Source: Mobula hypostoma
Lineage: Eukaryota
Direction: 5' to 3'
Length of the DNA stretch: 64,000 nucleotides
NCBI RefSeq assembly: GCF_963921235.1
Contig: NC_086122.1
Coordinates: forward strand, 20,584,001-20,648,000
In this document: piece by piece, positions 1 through 12,910 of the stretch
Layout: each line of letters starts with the position of its first letter
Numbering within the stretch: the stretch's first letter is position 1
Program-made: the position numbers and the translations under genes
Notes under the pieces: generated by a model
Databases searched by the model: none
Told to the model about the DNA's origin: nothing
What the model saw: only the letters and a program-made list of their open reading frames with translations

Positions 1-207
1 AATGCCGCTATTCACTCAGGGTTAGCTAATGCTAATTTCAACAAATCTACAGCTGCATGACACTGCCCCAGTGATCACCTGTCCCATCCACTTGCATGGA
101 AGTCTTATGCTTGACTCAAATTCTGTTTTATTCCACACTAAGTCCTTTCGTCTCTCTATTTCACACATGCATCACTCTTTAATTTTCATCCCCAACTACT
201 AATATAA

Positions 208-308
208 AGCAACACACATAAAAGTTGCTGGTGAACGCAGCAGGCCAGGCAGCATCTCTAGGAAGAGGTACAGTCGACGTTTCAGGCCGAGACCTTTCGT
301 CAGGACTA
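208..308 (-). mobile_element. Solo Penelope-like terminal repeat
   Basis: Near-identical to copies at 10423-10508 and 55984-56155, and related to the 3' end of the GIY-YIG element at 35530-35620; flanked by direct repeat ACTAATATAA (198-207, 305-314). Confidence 0.8.
271..308 (-). ncRNA. Minimal type I hammerhead ribozyme
   Basis: Minus strand reads UAGUC-CUGACGA-A-AGGU(CUCG)GCCU-GAAA-C-GUC-GACUG: core CUGANGA and GAAA, stem I UAGUC/GACUG, stem II, palindromic ACGU stem III, GUC cleavage triplet. Confidence 0.75.
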
Positions 309-489
309 ATATAAGTATGGTTCCTGATCCTAACTACATATCATGCCTAAAATATATTGAATCATAAAGGACATACAGAACTGATAAAACTCATGCTCAA
401 TTATTTATTCCATTCTGGCTATGAGCGTGGCTGTAAGTCTTATGTATACATCACTTATTTACAGAAACAACCTGCATAATGCAGTCATG

Positions 490-810
490 GAGTCATAGAG
501 CCACAGAGTAACAGAGCAGAAAAACAGGCCCTTCAGCCCATCCTGGCAATTCTGACCAGGATCCCCATTTAAACTCGCCCCGTTTGCCTGCATTTGGCCC
601 CTATTCCTCCAAACTTTTTCAGTGCACGAACCTGTCCAAATGTATCTTAAATATTGTAATTGCATCTGTCTCAATCATTTCCTCTGAAAGCTTATTCCAA
701 ATATCCACTGTGTGAAGAAGTTGCCCCTCCGTTCCCTTTTAAATCTTTCCCCTCCCAACTGATTCCTGTGCCTCTAGTTTTGATTTCCTTTGCCTGGGAG
801 AAAGACTGTG
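490..810 (-). mobile_element. CR1 LINE 3' fragment
   Basis: Typical CR1 3' end (agtcatagag tail, ggcccttcagccc stem) shared with many other copies in the window. Confidence 0.65.
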
Positions 811-814
811 TACA

Positions 815-1925
815 TATTTACTAACTTACCGCCCATTACATTACTGGCACTTGGGGCAGCAATGAAGATCCTACATCTGTCTGTCCTTGTCAGTCTTCTC
901 CATTGTGTTTCAGGGCCCTCATCTCTGCCTCTTTGATATGAGGCCGAGTTGCCTTTCGTCTCCCGTATTTCCTCTGCCCTTCAGGGGTCCAATGAAGTGC
1001 TGCCTTAATGACAGAGTTGGACTCTATGCTCATCATGTGCCCAATCCTTTTCCAACATTTCCTCATGGTAATTGCAGCCATGACCTCTGATGACATTAGA
1101 TAGATAGATAGATAGATAGACATACTTTATTGGTCCTGAGGGAAATTGGGTTTCGTTACAGTTGCACCAACCAAGAATATAATATAAATATAACAATATA
1201 AAACTATAAATAATTAAATAATAATATGTAAATTATGCCAGATGGAAATAAGTCCAGCCTATTGGATCAGAGTGTCTGATCCTCCAAGGGAGGAGTTGTA
1301 AAGTTTGATGGCCACAGGCAGGAATGACTTCCTAAGATGCTCAGTGTTGCATCTCAGTGGAATGAGTCTCTGGCTGAATGTACTCCTGTGCCCGACCAGT
1401 CCATTATGTAGTGGATGGGAGACATTGTCCAAGATGGCGTGCAACTTGGACAGCATCCTCTTTTCAGACACCACCATCAGAGAGTCCAGTTCCATCCCCA
1501 CAACATCACTGGCTTTACGAATGAGTTTGTTGGTTCTGTTGGTGTCTGCTACCCTCAGCTGGCTGCCCCAGCACACAACAGCAAACATGATCGCACTGGC
1601 CACCACAGACTCGTAGAACATCCTCAGCGTCGTCCGACAGATGTTAAAGGACCTCAGTCTCCTCAGGAAATAGAAAGAGTAGGGGTGGTTGGAGATCCTT
1701 CTTGGGCAGAAAACACAGAGGATCTTCTTCCGAAGGCTCATGGTGTGGACTGACGACAGCTTAGCAATGCCATTCTCTGTCATGCGCAGCATTCTGACCC
1801 ATGCAAGAGTGTGGACAGAACACAGCTCTAGTATAGCTTCACCTTGGTGTGGACACTGTACTAGGTTGATCCCCATCAGTTGCTCATTCCGGTTCATTGC
1901 AGAGCACCCAATCTGGACCAGATGT
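815..1925 (-). mobile_element. RTE-clade LINE fragment interrupted by a Rex1 insertion
   Basis: Remnant peptides HTMSLRKKILCVFCPRRISNH (1690-1760) and CWKRIGHMM...AALHWTPEGQRKYGRRKAT (940-1080) join across the insertion. Confidence 0.7.
1098..1676 (-). mobile_element. Rex1/Babar LINE 3' end with (TATC)n tail
   Basis: FLRRLRSFNICRTTLRMFYESVVASAIMFAVVCWG...SHPLH...RKSFLPVAIKLYN; (AGAT)n at 1098-1120 is its tail. Confidence 0.85.
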
Positions 1926-1929
1926 TATA

Positions 1930-2760
1930 CAGAATCATGTGTCATGAAATTTGTTAACTTAGCAGCAGCAGTGCAATGATAATATAGAAAGAAAAGAATT
2001 AATAAATCAATTACAGTAAGTATATATATATATACACATATAGAAGTGAGGTAGTGTTCATGGGTTCAATGTCCATTTTGGAATCAGATGGCAGAGGGGA
2101 AGAAGCTGTTCCTGAATCGCCAAGTGCGTGCCTTCAGGCTTCTGTACCTCCTCCCTGACAGTAACAATGAGAAGAGGGCATGTTCTAGGTGATGGGGGTC
2201 CTTAATGATGGATGCTGACTTTCTGAGGCTTTGCTCCTTGAAGATGTCTTGGATATTATGGAGGCTAGTACCCAAGATAGAGCTGATTAATTTTACAACT
2301 TTCTGTAGCTTCTTTCAGTCCTGTGCAGTAGCTCCCTCCCCATATTTATATTACTAATTGGTGATGAAAATTAAAGAGTAAGACATGCCAGACAGTAATA
2401 CAGCCTGTCAGAATGCTCTCCTTGGTACATTATAAAGCTTTTTGAGTGTTTTAGATGACAGAACAAATCTCTTCAAACTCCAAATGAAATGTAGCCACTG
2501 TCTTGCCTTCTTTACAGCTGCAACGATATGTTGGGATCAGGTTAGATCCTCAGAGATACTGACACCTAGGAGCTTGAAATTGCTCACTCTCTCCAATTCA
2601 GATCCCTCCATGAGGATTGGTTCACGTTCCCTTGTCTTACCCTTCCTGAAGTCCACAATCAGCTCTTTCCTCTTACTGACATTAAGTGCAAGGTTGTCAC
2701 TGTGACACCACTCTGCTAGCTGGTGTACCTCGCCTGTACTCCCTCTCGTCTCCTGTTCAC
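1930..2760 (-). mobile_element. Rex/Babar-type LINE, decayed RT C-terminus
   Basis: LNVSKRKELIVDFRK...FKLLGVSISEDLT and IIKDPHHLEHALFSLLLSGRRYRSLKART motifs. Confidence 0.85.
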
Positions 2761-3112
2761 ATTCTTCTTCTTCTTCTTCAATGGCCTTGCACATGATTGT
2801 CTGCATTTTGTTATTGCTTTTCATTGTAATACCTCAACACACTGTTCTAATGAAGAGATGATCTGTATGAATGGCAAACAAAACAAACTTTTTCACTGTA
2901 CCTCAGTACACTTCACAACCGTAAACCAATTTACTAATTTGCCAATAATCGGCTGGGAGAACTCCATTGTTGGAAAATATAATTTTACGTCCTGCTTTGT
3001 ACTTCTACTGATTGTAATACACGAATACTGTAACTGAATCCTTTTTCCTACTATCAGCAATGCCTTGCTAATATACTTAGTATTTCCTGATGTGTGAGCC
3101 AAGTTTAAACAA

Positions 3113-3405
3113 CGCCATGGTAGCGTAAAGGTTAGCGTGACGCTGTGTCAGCTTGGGGCGTTGGAGATCGGAGTTCAATTCCAGCGCCATCTGCAAGAAG
3201 TTTTGTATGTCCTTCCCGTGAGTACATGGGCTTCTTCCAGATGCTGCGGTTCCCCCCTACCCCACCGCACGGGTTAGTAGATTGTTTGCTTGGGGTAAAT
3301 TGTCGTGTGATTAGGCGAGGGTTAAATAGGTAGGTGGTTGGGTGGTGTGGCTTGTTGGGCTGGAAGGGCCTGTTCCGAGCCATATTTCTAAACAAAATAA
3401 ATAAA
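3113..3405 (+). mobile_element. tRNA-derived V-SINE (HE1-like); other copies at ~3695-3935, 6220-6330, 27320-27650(-), 28617-28885(-), 44430-44655(-), 55155-55470, 60870-61250
   Basis: A/B boxes (tagcgtaaaggtta, gagttcaattcc), V-domain-like gggcttcttccagatgctgcggttccccc, CR1-like tail gggctggaagggcctgttc and A-rich end. Confidence 0.8.
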
Positions 3406-3937
3406 GATTCGGCCTTCCCACTCAAAATATGCTACGCAGATACCACTTTACAGATAGAAACCGTAATCAAGAGCTGCACAGCCTCAATGGCGGCTGCTTA
3501 CCATTGTATTTGATGCAATGGGCAACACAATATTTTGATTGGATTATCTTAAAATAGGGTGATGTACTGACAATGTAAATTTTTAAGACACGCACGTCCA
3601 CCAGAGTAATGTAAAGTGTCCCATGAATTCTAAATTTTAAGCTATTTTACTAGCAGGCCGTTGTAAGGTGGATAACAGACCAATGGATGCAGGTTGGCAC
3701 TGCAGCACAAATGGTAGGGTTGTTACCTCACTGTATCAGTAACCTGCTCACCGGAGTTTGCATATTCTCCTGTGACTACGTGGAGGGGAGCAACCCTCCC
3801 AGTGCTCTAGTTTCCCCGATGTCCCAAAATGTGCCTGTTGTTCATTTAATTGGCAGCTGTCAATTGCCCTTTCTGCATAGTTAAGTGGTAGAATCCACAC
3901 ATAGATGTGGGGAGAATACAATCAGTTAGGGCAGCAT

Positions 3938-4490
3938 TCATAGAACATAGGACAATACAGCACAGCGGCAGGCCAGTCGACCCACAACATTGTGCCAAAC
4001 CAGCTGAAAAGCAAATCAAAAACACCCAAACACAAATTTGTCCTACCAACTTCACGTCCATATCCCTCCAGCTTTCTTACATTTATTTGCCTATCCAAAC
4101 TTCTGTTAACAGCTTCTAATGTATTTGCCTCTACCACCATACCAGGCAGCACATTCCAGGCACCCATGACTCTGCGTGAAAAACCTCATCTCTCACTTCC
4201 CCTTTTAATCCTACCCCCTCTCACCTTCAAGGCATGCCCTCTGGTATTAGACATTCAACCCTGGGAAACGGATACTCTCGGTCCACTCTATCTATGCCTC
4301 TCATAATGTTGTAAACCTCTCCTTAGCCTCCAGCACTCCAGAGAAAACAAATCAAGTTTATCCAACCCCTCATGATAGCACATGCCCTCTAAACCAGGCA
4401 GCATCCTGGTGAACCTCTTCTGCACCCCCTCCAGAGTCTCACCATCCTTCTTATATTGGGGCAACCAGAACAGTAAGCAATACTTCATGT
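3938..4490 (-). mobile_element. CR1 LINE 3' fragment
   Basis: LEGVQKRFTRMLPGLEGMCYHEGLDKLDLFSLECWRLR; related plus-strand copy at 41195-41500. Confidence 0.85.
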
Positions 4491-4879
4491 TTGATGTTTA
4501 CTGCAGATACAGTGAGTCAAAGGATAGGTTTCCATGCTCTATTACTCTGCTCGTCTTCCTGCTGCTTTTGATCCCACGCTTAATGAGGATTCCTGGAGAA
4601 TTAGTGACGCTTTGCTCATATTTCATAGCCTTTACATCAGAACTTGCTCCACCTTTCCATGAATGGTGGCAAAAGTATTGCACAAGCACTCCAAACAGGA
4701 AGGAAGAAAAAAATAAGATTCAGCTTCTAACTGGAAGTCAGATTCATACTTTACCCAAAACAGCAGGCAGCACTGATTTCTGTCAAGCCATGTCATTACC
4801 ACGTACAGCAGTGTGATGAAGCAATCATTTTCATGGAAAAGTATCACTCACTGGCTGGTGACAATCAACATTTTCTTAG

Positions 4880-5680
4880 TCGTTAAGTGAGGGCTATAGA
4901 TAGCGTAATTGCAAGCTGACCTTTTCAACTGAGGCTGTGTGAGTCTAGAACAAGAGGTCATGGGTTAAAGGTGAAAGGGCAATGAGGGGGAACAACTTCT
5001 CTCAGAGAGTGATAAGAGTGTGGAACGAGCTGCCTGTGCGACTGGTGGATGTGGGCTCGATTTCAACATTTAAGAAAAATTTGGATACGTACATGGATGG
5101 ATGGGATTTGGAAGGCTATGGTCCAGATTCAAGTTGATGAGATGAGACAGGTTAATAGTTTAGCATGGACTAGATGGGCTGAAGGGCCTGTTTTGTGCTG
5201 TTGTGCTCCATGACTATGAGCTAGCAAACATATTTTGGTGAGGCGTTGTGAGATACACAATGCCAACAGTGGCTACAACAAAATGAACTGTGAACTCAAT
5301 GGGAATATATTTAAATGTCATATTGTATTGAGAGCCATTTGTGCAAAGCAGAATCAAATAATACATGTACAGTCAGGGGTGCCAGGGGTGATGATAGAAG
5401 TAGATACATTAGGTACATTGAAACCTCTTAGACAGGCAAATAGATTATAGAAAAATGAAGAGGTTGAGTAGGATCCAGGATCAGCCATGATGGAATGGCA
5501 GAGCAGATTCAATGGGCTGAATGGCCTAGTTCTCCTCCTATGTCTATGGTCTTATGGTCTAAGGGCTATATGGGAGGGAAGGGTTAGACTGGTCTGTGAG
5601 CAGGTTAAAAGGTCAGCACAACATCATGAGTCAAAGGGCCCGTACTGTGCTATAATGTTCTATGTCTTATGTTCCATCCA
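4880..5680 (+). mobile_element. Cluster of CR1 3' fragments
   Basis: Several CR1 3' ends (agaacaagaggtcat, gggctgaagggcctg, tatggtcttatggtct tails). Confidence 0.7.
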
Positions 5681-6451
5681 TCATAACATTGGTCTACAAA
5701 GCTAGTCACCCTGCTGCCTTTTTCTTTTCGGAATCTTTTTGGTGGATTTTACCACCCTGCAGTTGCCTCTACGACAGCAGTATAACAATGAGAAGCTTTT
5801 GCTTTGGATGAGTTGACTTCAACCTGCTCTGCGGGGTCAATTGATGGAGCAGGGTAGATGAGTGATTGGGGGGGAGCACAGGTGAGTGTACTGGAAGGCT
5901 GTGACAGAAGGTTAATTGGCATTCTTGTTTGTTGGGTCAACAATATCCTGAAATTCCACATCAGACAAACTCTCCAATGGAGACAAGACACTGCAGATAC
6001 TGGAATCTGGAGAGAAAAAAATAAGATGCTGAATGAACTCAGGGAATCATCCATAGAAGGAAATGGGCAGTCAATATTTGGGGTCAAGACCCTTCATCTG
6101 GAAGACAAAAGATCAAATTAATTGCTGTGACCAAATCATCATTTTCACCTCCGGACCTGGGCATTACCCTGAATCACGGGTGTCTGTTCCCTACTGTTCA
6201 AGAACTCTGCAAATCTGTGGCCGCCATGGTAGCATAGCGGTTAATGCGACTACGCTATTACAGCTCGGGGTGACGAATTTCGGAGTTCAATCCCGGTGTT
6301 CTCAGTGAAGAGTTTGCTGTCCCCATGAAGTTAGATCATATAACAAACATTGACTTCAGTGACCAAATCTTCAGATCTGAATATGCATTGAAGATTAAAT
6401 TTAAAATGCAGTAAAATGCAGAACAAACAGACTAGGAAACAGGCAGTTAAC

Positions 6452-6860
6452 TGTCACCGGGTTCGGACATGGCCCAAGTGCAGAGTGAGAGACAGTGACG
6501 AGGGTCAATAGTTCACAGACTTTAATGCGAACAGTGTTACAGGGAAAGAAAACAATAAATGCTCAGCCACACAGGGCCGTTAACTAAAACTCTCAAATGG
6601 AAGGTGAAGCCTAATCTGCGGCTGTTTAAAAGAACAACGAAGAATTAAATGAGTACCACTAGTCTTCAGGTTCAGTTGACTCGACAGTCCAATATCTCAG
6701 GCAAGGCGGAATGCAGGAAGCAAAGTGTTGCTGTGTCCACGTCCAAGTCTTGACAAAAACTACGACGGAATGAATGGAGTTAAATATTATCACAATGAAA
6801 CAATAATTAGCTGACACATGCATATTCACGAGCGCAATTGTTGAATCCGTGGTTGTGACA
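6452..6860 (-). mobile_element. Solo LTR (Gypsy-like), 409 bp
   Basis: Termini TGTCAC...GTGACA, 5-bp TSD TTAAC (6447-6451, 6861-6865); TATA-like and ATTAAA signals on the minus strand. Confidence 0.85.
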
Positions 6861-7211
6861 TTAACTGATTGTCTACATATGCATGAATCCAATCACAACC
6901 CATTGCCTGGATACAACAGTAATTAACACCTATTATGGGCATGATGGTGAGAGGATGCAGGCACTTGAGACTGTTACATGCAGTTCAAAGTAAGCATTGT
7001 AAATATGGATTTGTTTGAATTGTCCTGAATTTACTTTGATTTTTAGCACATAAGATGTCATGTAGTCATGAGTCAGGGTGACCTCTTGCACTAAAAGGGT
7101 CTCCCTCTCCCTCTCCCTCGACTCCAAAGTCCTGGTTATATGACCAATTAGGCCAGGCAGACAATCTCTGAAGAGTATTGAGGCTAGGCTCACCCATCTT
7201 GTAAAGATACT

Positions 7212-7610
7212 GAATCAGAATCAGGTTTTTTATTACTGGCGCATGACCTGAAATTTGTTAACTTAGCAGCAGCAGCTCAAAGCAAAAAATAATAAATAAA
7301 ATAAAAAGCATAATAATAATAAATACACAAGTAAATCAATTACGTATATTGAATAGATTTTTTTAAAACATGCAAAAGCAGAAATATTGTCTATTAAAAA
7401 AAATGAGGTAGTGTCCAAAGATTCAATGTCCATTTAGGAATCGGATGGCTGAAGGAAAGGAGCTGTTCCTGAATGGCTGAGTGTGTGCCCCTTCAGGCTT
7501 CTGTATCTCCTACCTGATGGTAACAGTGAGAAAAGGGCATGCCCTGGGTGCTGGAGGTCCTTAATAATGGATGCTGCCTTTCTGAGACACCGCTCCCTAC
7601 AGACGTCCAG
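7212..7610 (-). mobile_element. Rex/Babar LINE 3' end inserted in an RTE-tailed short element (~7130-7735)
   Basis: KAASIIKDLQHPGHALFSLLPSGRRYRSLK; the flank resumes with gaagggagtggcaaaccgcttc...ttgccaagaa, an RTE-like 3' motif. Confidence 0.75.
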
Positions 7611-8002
7611 AAGACATCTGCGCAGAAGAAGGGAGTGGCAAACCGCTTCTGCAGAAAAATTTGCCAAGAACAATCATGGTCATGAAACCAGGGTCTCCGA
7701 CGTCATATGACATGGCACATAATGATGGTGATGTTGAATTTGTATCATCCTCTGTATGTTGATCCTTCCTATTTGTGTTGATTCATATTATCTTTTGCTC
7801 CAGCGACCCATTAATTTTGAAATTCTCATCCTTGTTTTCAAATACCTTCAATCTCTTGCCTCTTCTTATCTGTGTGGGCTGCCTGACAACTCCTTAGTCT
7901 TTGCTCTTTCAATTCAGGCTTCTTGCCAGAAAATAAGAAGCCAGAAGGATTTGAACTTTAGTTCTGAGTGTACATAGATCGATCAGGAGTGCACATAGAT
8001 CA

Positions 8003-8830
8003 TTCAAAGTCGAAGTACATTTATTATCAAAGCATATATGCTATATATAACCTTGGAATTCGTCTTCTTACAGGCAGCCTCAAAGATAGAAGATAAACAA
8101 TGGAACCCATTTAAAAAAGACCATTGAAACCCAGTGTGAAAAAAGAACAAATCGTGCAAACAATAAAAAGTAAACAAATAACACTCAGGACGAAGGTTCA
8201 CAGAAGTGAGTCCACAGCCACAATGCCAGTTCATCATTGTAGCCAGCTCAGGAGCACGTGAGTTACAGGCCACAGACTCAGTTCAGCACAGAGATGTGTA
8301 TACCTCGCAGACCAGCGAGCTGAACACTGGACCATCCCCTGCCTCTGGTGCCGATACCCTGACAGTTTCAATCTGGTCCTGTGCTTAAATCAGCTTGTTC
8401 CTTGCTCTCAGGCCTGGGTCTCACCTCCCTGATTCAGCCCGTGGCGGACCTTTTCATTCTGGCCCAGCACTTAAATCAGCTCTTCCCTCATTCTCGGGTC
8501 CGGACCCTGCCACTTCGATTCGGCTCCAAGTCCACACCAGCAATAGCCTAACATCAGCTCATTCCTCGCTCGCAGTCCCACCTCGATTCAGCATGTACCC
8601 ACCGCACCTTCATACCTATACTGCACCTTCAATACTCCAATTCACCAAATCTCCCAGAACATCCCAAAAATGCCAGGCCGTACAGGTGGTTCAAAAGCAC
8701 AACTTCTAAAGGGAAGTTACAGGGTATTGATTGCAGTGATCACTGACCTGAGGAAGTGTGATTAATTGAGCAGTTCGTACACTTGTTTGCTGCCAGTAAG
8801 GAATTGCTATGTCTCACTAGCCACATCATA
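8003..8830 (-). mobile_element. Non-autonomous LINE-tailed retroposon; fragments also at ~20070-20290, 38620-39120, 53515-53860
   Basis: Shared 3' end (tttattatcaaag...ttcttacaggcagcc on the plus strand) with short tandem tail; GC-rich body; no RT-like ORF. Confidence 0.55.
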
Positions 8831-11800
8831 AAGCAGATGGCCTAGTGCAGGCCCTATAGCCTGCAATGTTGTGTTGATCTGTATAAATCACAATAAATTA
8901 AACTCCTCCTGCATAGCCTATAACTCTCCATTTTTCTATTGCACTGCCTACTTAAGGGTTTCCCAAAAGCCCCTATTGTTGTAGCTTCTACCACCATCCT
9001 GGCACTTTGCCTCTCTCTGTGTATGAACATCTCTAAGTGTTCCTCAACTCACTTCAACTGGGGCCTCTGATTTGGCCATTGCCACCCTGGGAAAGAGGCC
9101 CTGATTGTCACTCTACCAATGCCATCTCATATTATTCATCTCTATTAAGTTGCCTCTTGTTCTTCTCTTCAAAAAGAAAAGCCCCAGCTCACTCAACTAT
9201 TTTTCATGTTATGTTCTCTGATCCAGGCAACATCCTGCTAAATCTCCTCTGCACTCTCTCTCTAAAGTTTCCACATCTTTCCTAGAATGAGGTAACCTTA
9301 ACTGAACACAATACTCCAAGTGTGGTCTAACCAGAGTTTTATATGGTTGCAACATAATCTCACGGCTCCTTAATTTAACCTCAGACTAATGAAGGCCAAC
9401 ACACCATTAGCCTTCTTAACGAACATATTGACTTTCAAGATAACTTTGAAGGATTTATGGACTTGGACCCCATATCCCTGTGTTCCTCCATGCTGCTAAG
9501 GATCCTACCACTAACCTTGTACTCCCCATCGAGTTCAATCTTTCAAGGTGTGTCACTTCACATTTTTTCCAGATTGACACATATGACATCCTGTCCGTAA
9601 CCCTTACAAAACCACAAAACGTTGCATCATCTGCAAAAGTATCATCTCACCCTTCTGTTTCCTCGTCTGAGTCATTTTTAAAAATCACAAAGAGCAGAGA
9701 TCTCAGAACAGATCCCTGAGGAGTATCACCATCATGTACCTCCAGGCATAATACACACCATCTACCGCCACCACCTGCCCTTTGTAGGCAACCCAATTCT
9801 AAATCCACAGAGCCATGTTTCCATGGATCCCATGTCCCATGACTTTCTGGATAAAATTACCATGGGGAACCTTGTCAAATCATAAGATAAGATACAAGAC
9901 CATAATATATAGGAGAAGAATTAGGCCATTTGGCCCATCAAGTCTGCTCCACCATTTCATCATAGCCGATTCATTTCCCTCTCAGCCTCAGTTTCCTGCC
10001 TTCTCCCCATATCCCTTTATGCCCTGACCAATCAGGAATCTATCAACCTCTACCTTAAATGCCTTGGCTTCTACAGCCATCCATGGCAATGAATTCCACA
10101 TATTCTTCACTCTCTGGCTAAAGAAATTCCTCCTCATCTGCCTTCTAAATGGACATCCCACTATTTTGAGGCCATGTCCTCTCGTCTTAGACACCCCATC
10201 ATAGGAAACATCCTCTCTACATCCACTCTATCAAGATGAGTTTCAATTAGATCCCCCCTCATTCCTCTGAACTCCAGTGAGTACAGGTCCAGTGCCATCA
10301 AACATTCCTCAAATGATAAGCCTCTCAATCCCGGAATCATTATTATGGACATACTTTGAACCCTCTCCAATGTCAGCACATCCTTTCTTAGATAAGAGGC
10401 CCAAAACAGCTTATAATGTGAGGAACACACATAAAAGTTGCTAGTGAACGCAGCAGGTCAGGCAGCATCTCTAGGAAGAGGTACAGTCAACGTTTTGGGC
10501 CGAGACACTTGTGAAGTCTCACCAGTGCCCTATAAAATCTCAACATTACATCTTTGCTTTTGTACTATAGTCGTCTGGAAAGGAATGCTAACATTGCATT
10601 TGCCTTTCTCACCACTGAATCAGCCTGCAAATTAACTCTCAGTGAATCCCACACGAGGATTCCCAAGTCCAATTGCACTTCAGTATTTTGAATTTTCTCT
10701 TCATTTAGAAAATAATCTACACTTTTATTTCTTCTACCAAAATGCATGACTATACACTTCCCAACACTGCATTCCATCTGCCACTTCTTTGCCCATTCTC
10801 CTAATTTGTCTATGTCCTTCTGTAGCCGCCTTGCTTTCTCAACACTACCTGCCCCTCCACCCATCTTCATATCATCTGCAAACTTGGCCACAACGCCATC
10901 AATTTCATCATTCAAACCATTGCCATATAGTGTAAAAAGAAGCAGTCCCAAAACAGATCACTGTGGAACACCACTAGTCAACGCCTTATTAAAATCCATA
11001 TACATCACATCTGTGACGAGAATACACATAAATTAAGATGTTTGCTGGCCTGGGATAGCACCAGTGGCATCAGCAGTTGGTCTGCCACCTGCCCTCAGGG
11101 GAGGGAGAGATAAGGAACACAACGAAGCAGCGTTTGGAGATGTTAATGAAGGAGCCATCAGTCTGGGTATTGTCAAGATCAGCTCCCCCTTTGAACCTTG
11201 AACTGTTTGAAGTGTAATGGACAGGCGATACCCCAGCAGGGGGATAAAAAGGGACAGGTTCGCTAAGGCAAGACACACACGACACCCCGAGGTAACGAGA
11301 CCCTGGAAGCGGTGCCCCCCCCCCCGCAAGTCGGCGGGAGTTGTTTGGAAGGCTGGTTGTGGAACCAAGCCATAGACACACAAGGTGGAAAGGTACGATC
11401 AGCGGGAACCCGGTGTGTGCCCACCCTTACTTGGGTGCCAGGTTCACTGCAGAGGATCGACCGCATCTGGAGGAGGGGTCACAGTCGGTGACCTCAGGTG
11501 ACATCACAAAGGACTCGCCCGAAAGCTGCTTGTGAGCAATATCGCAGGTCTGTGTGTGGAAGCCGTTTTGAATGATCAGTCATTCTTGTTCTCTCTCTCC
11601 TTCCCCCCACATTGTCCATCGCCACGGCAACGATTATTGCGAACTGAACTAAATTGGACTGAACTTTGCGTCACTTTGAAATTGGTCATTTACCCCTAGA
11701 CAACGACAGAGCTTGATTGATCCTGTTATCTTAATTCTGTGCGCATGTATGTTTATCATTGCTGAACTGTTGCATTTATTATCCTTTCGATTACTGTGTT

Positions 11801-12910
11801 GCTTGTTTCTGTAATAAAACTTTCTTAGTTCTAGTAATCCAGACTCAAACTGCGTGGTCCATTTCTGCTGGTTTGGCAACCCAGTTACGAGGTACGTAAC
11901 ACATCCACCACTCTAACTTCATCAATTTGTTTTGTCACCTCCTCAAAAACTGCAATCAGGTTCCTGAGACATGACTTGTCCTCACAAAGCCACGCTGACA
12001 TTCCCTGATCCCTAATCAAACTATGTATGCTTCTCAAATGCTCATAAATCCTGTCACTAAGAATCTTCTCCATGGGTTTACCCATTACTGACATGATTCA
12101 CTGATGCACAAATCCCAGAATTATCCCCATTACCTTTCTTTTACAATAAAACAACATTTGCCATCCTCCCATCCTCTGGTACTAGTCCTGTGGATAGGAA
12201 CAACACTAAAATCATTGTCATTGCCCCAGTAGTCTCTTCCCTCACTTCCCATAGTAAACTGGGATATATCCTGACTAGCCCCAGAGAGTTATCTATCTTA
12301 TTGTTTTTGTGGAGTTCCAACATTGCCACTTTCTGAACCTTGACATCGTCTAACATTTTAGTCTGCTCTATGCTAAAGATCAGGGATTTGTGGAAGATAT
12401 CTCCAAAATGCACTCCCACCAAGAGTTCTGACACCTGACCAGATTTACTACCTATTACTAGATCTAGTATGGCCTTTCCTCTGGACGACCTGTCCACATA
12501 CTGTTTTCTGAATCCTTTCTGGACACACCTAACAAATGCTGCCCCATCTTAAATTTTGCATTAAGGAAGTACCATTTAATATCAGGGAAGTTGAGGTCAC
12601 CCATGACAACAATCCTATAATTGGAAACAATTACGACATTATTCCCCAAATCTGCCTGCTCAGCTTCTCAGGAGTGCCCTTGTTGCAATTTGGTGGCCTA
12701 GAGGACACTTTCAAAAGTGTGACTGCTCCCTTCCTGCTTCTGGCTTCCATGCACAGTGAATCAGTATATGATCCCTCCACACCCATCCTTCCTTTCTGCA
12801 TCTGTGATACTACCCCTAATTAGCGCTGCCACTCCCCCACCTTTTTTACCTCTTTCCCTATCCCTTTTGAAGCATCGAAATCCGAGAACACCAAGTATCT
12901 AATCCTGCTT
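8830..12910 (-). mobile_element. Stacked CR1 ORF2 remnants (RT and endonuclease), interrupted by a solo LTR and a Penelope terminus
   Basis: VAKFADDMKMGG, WAKKWQMECSVGKCIVMHFGRRN, IAVFEEVTKQIDEVRVVDV, VVMGDLNFPDI, ILDLVIG motifs. Confidence 0.9.
11012..11901 (+). mobile_element. Solo LTR, 890 bp
   Basis: TGTGACG...CGTAACA termini, 4-bp TSD CATC (11008-11011, 11902-11905), GATAAAA at 11243 and AATAAA at 11813; removing it restores the CR1 motif RVVDV-MYMDFNKA. Confidence 0.9.

Noticed and set aside
4382-4816. 144-aa ORF
   Set aside because: It starts in antisense CR1 and the remainder has no recognisable motif.
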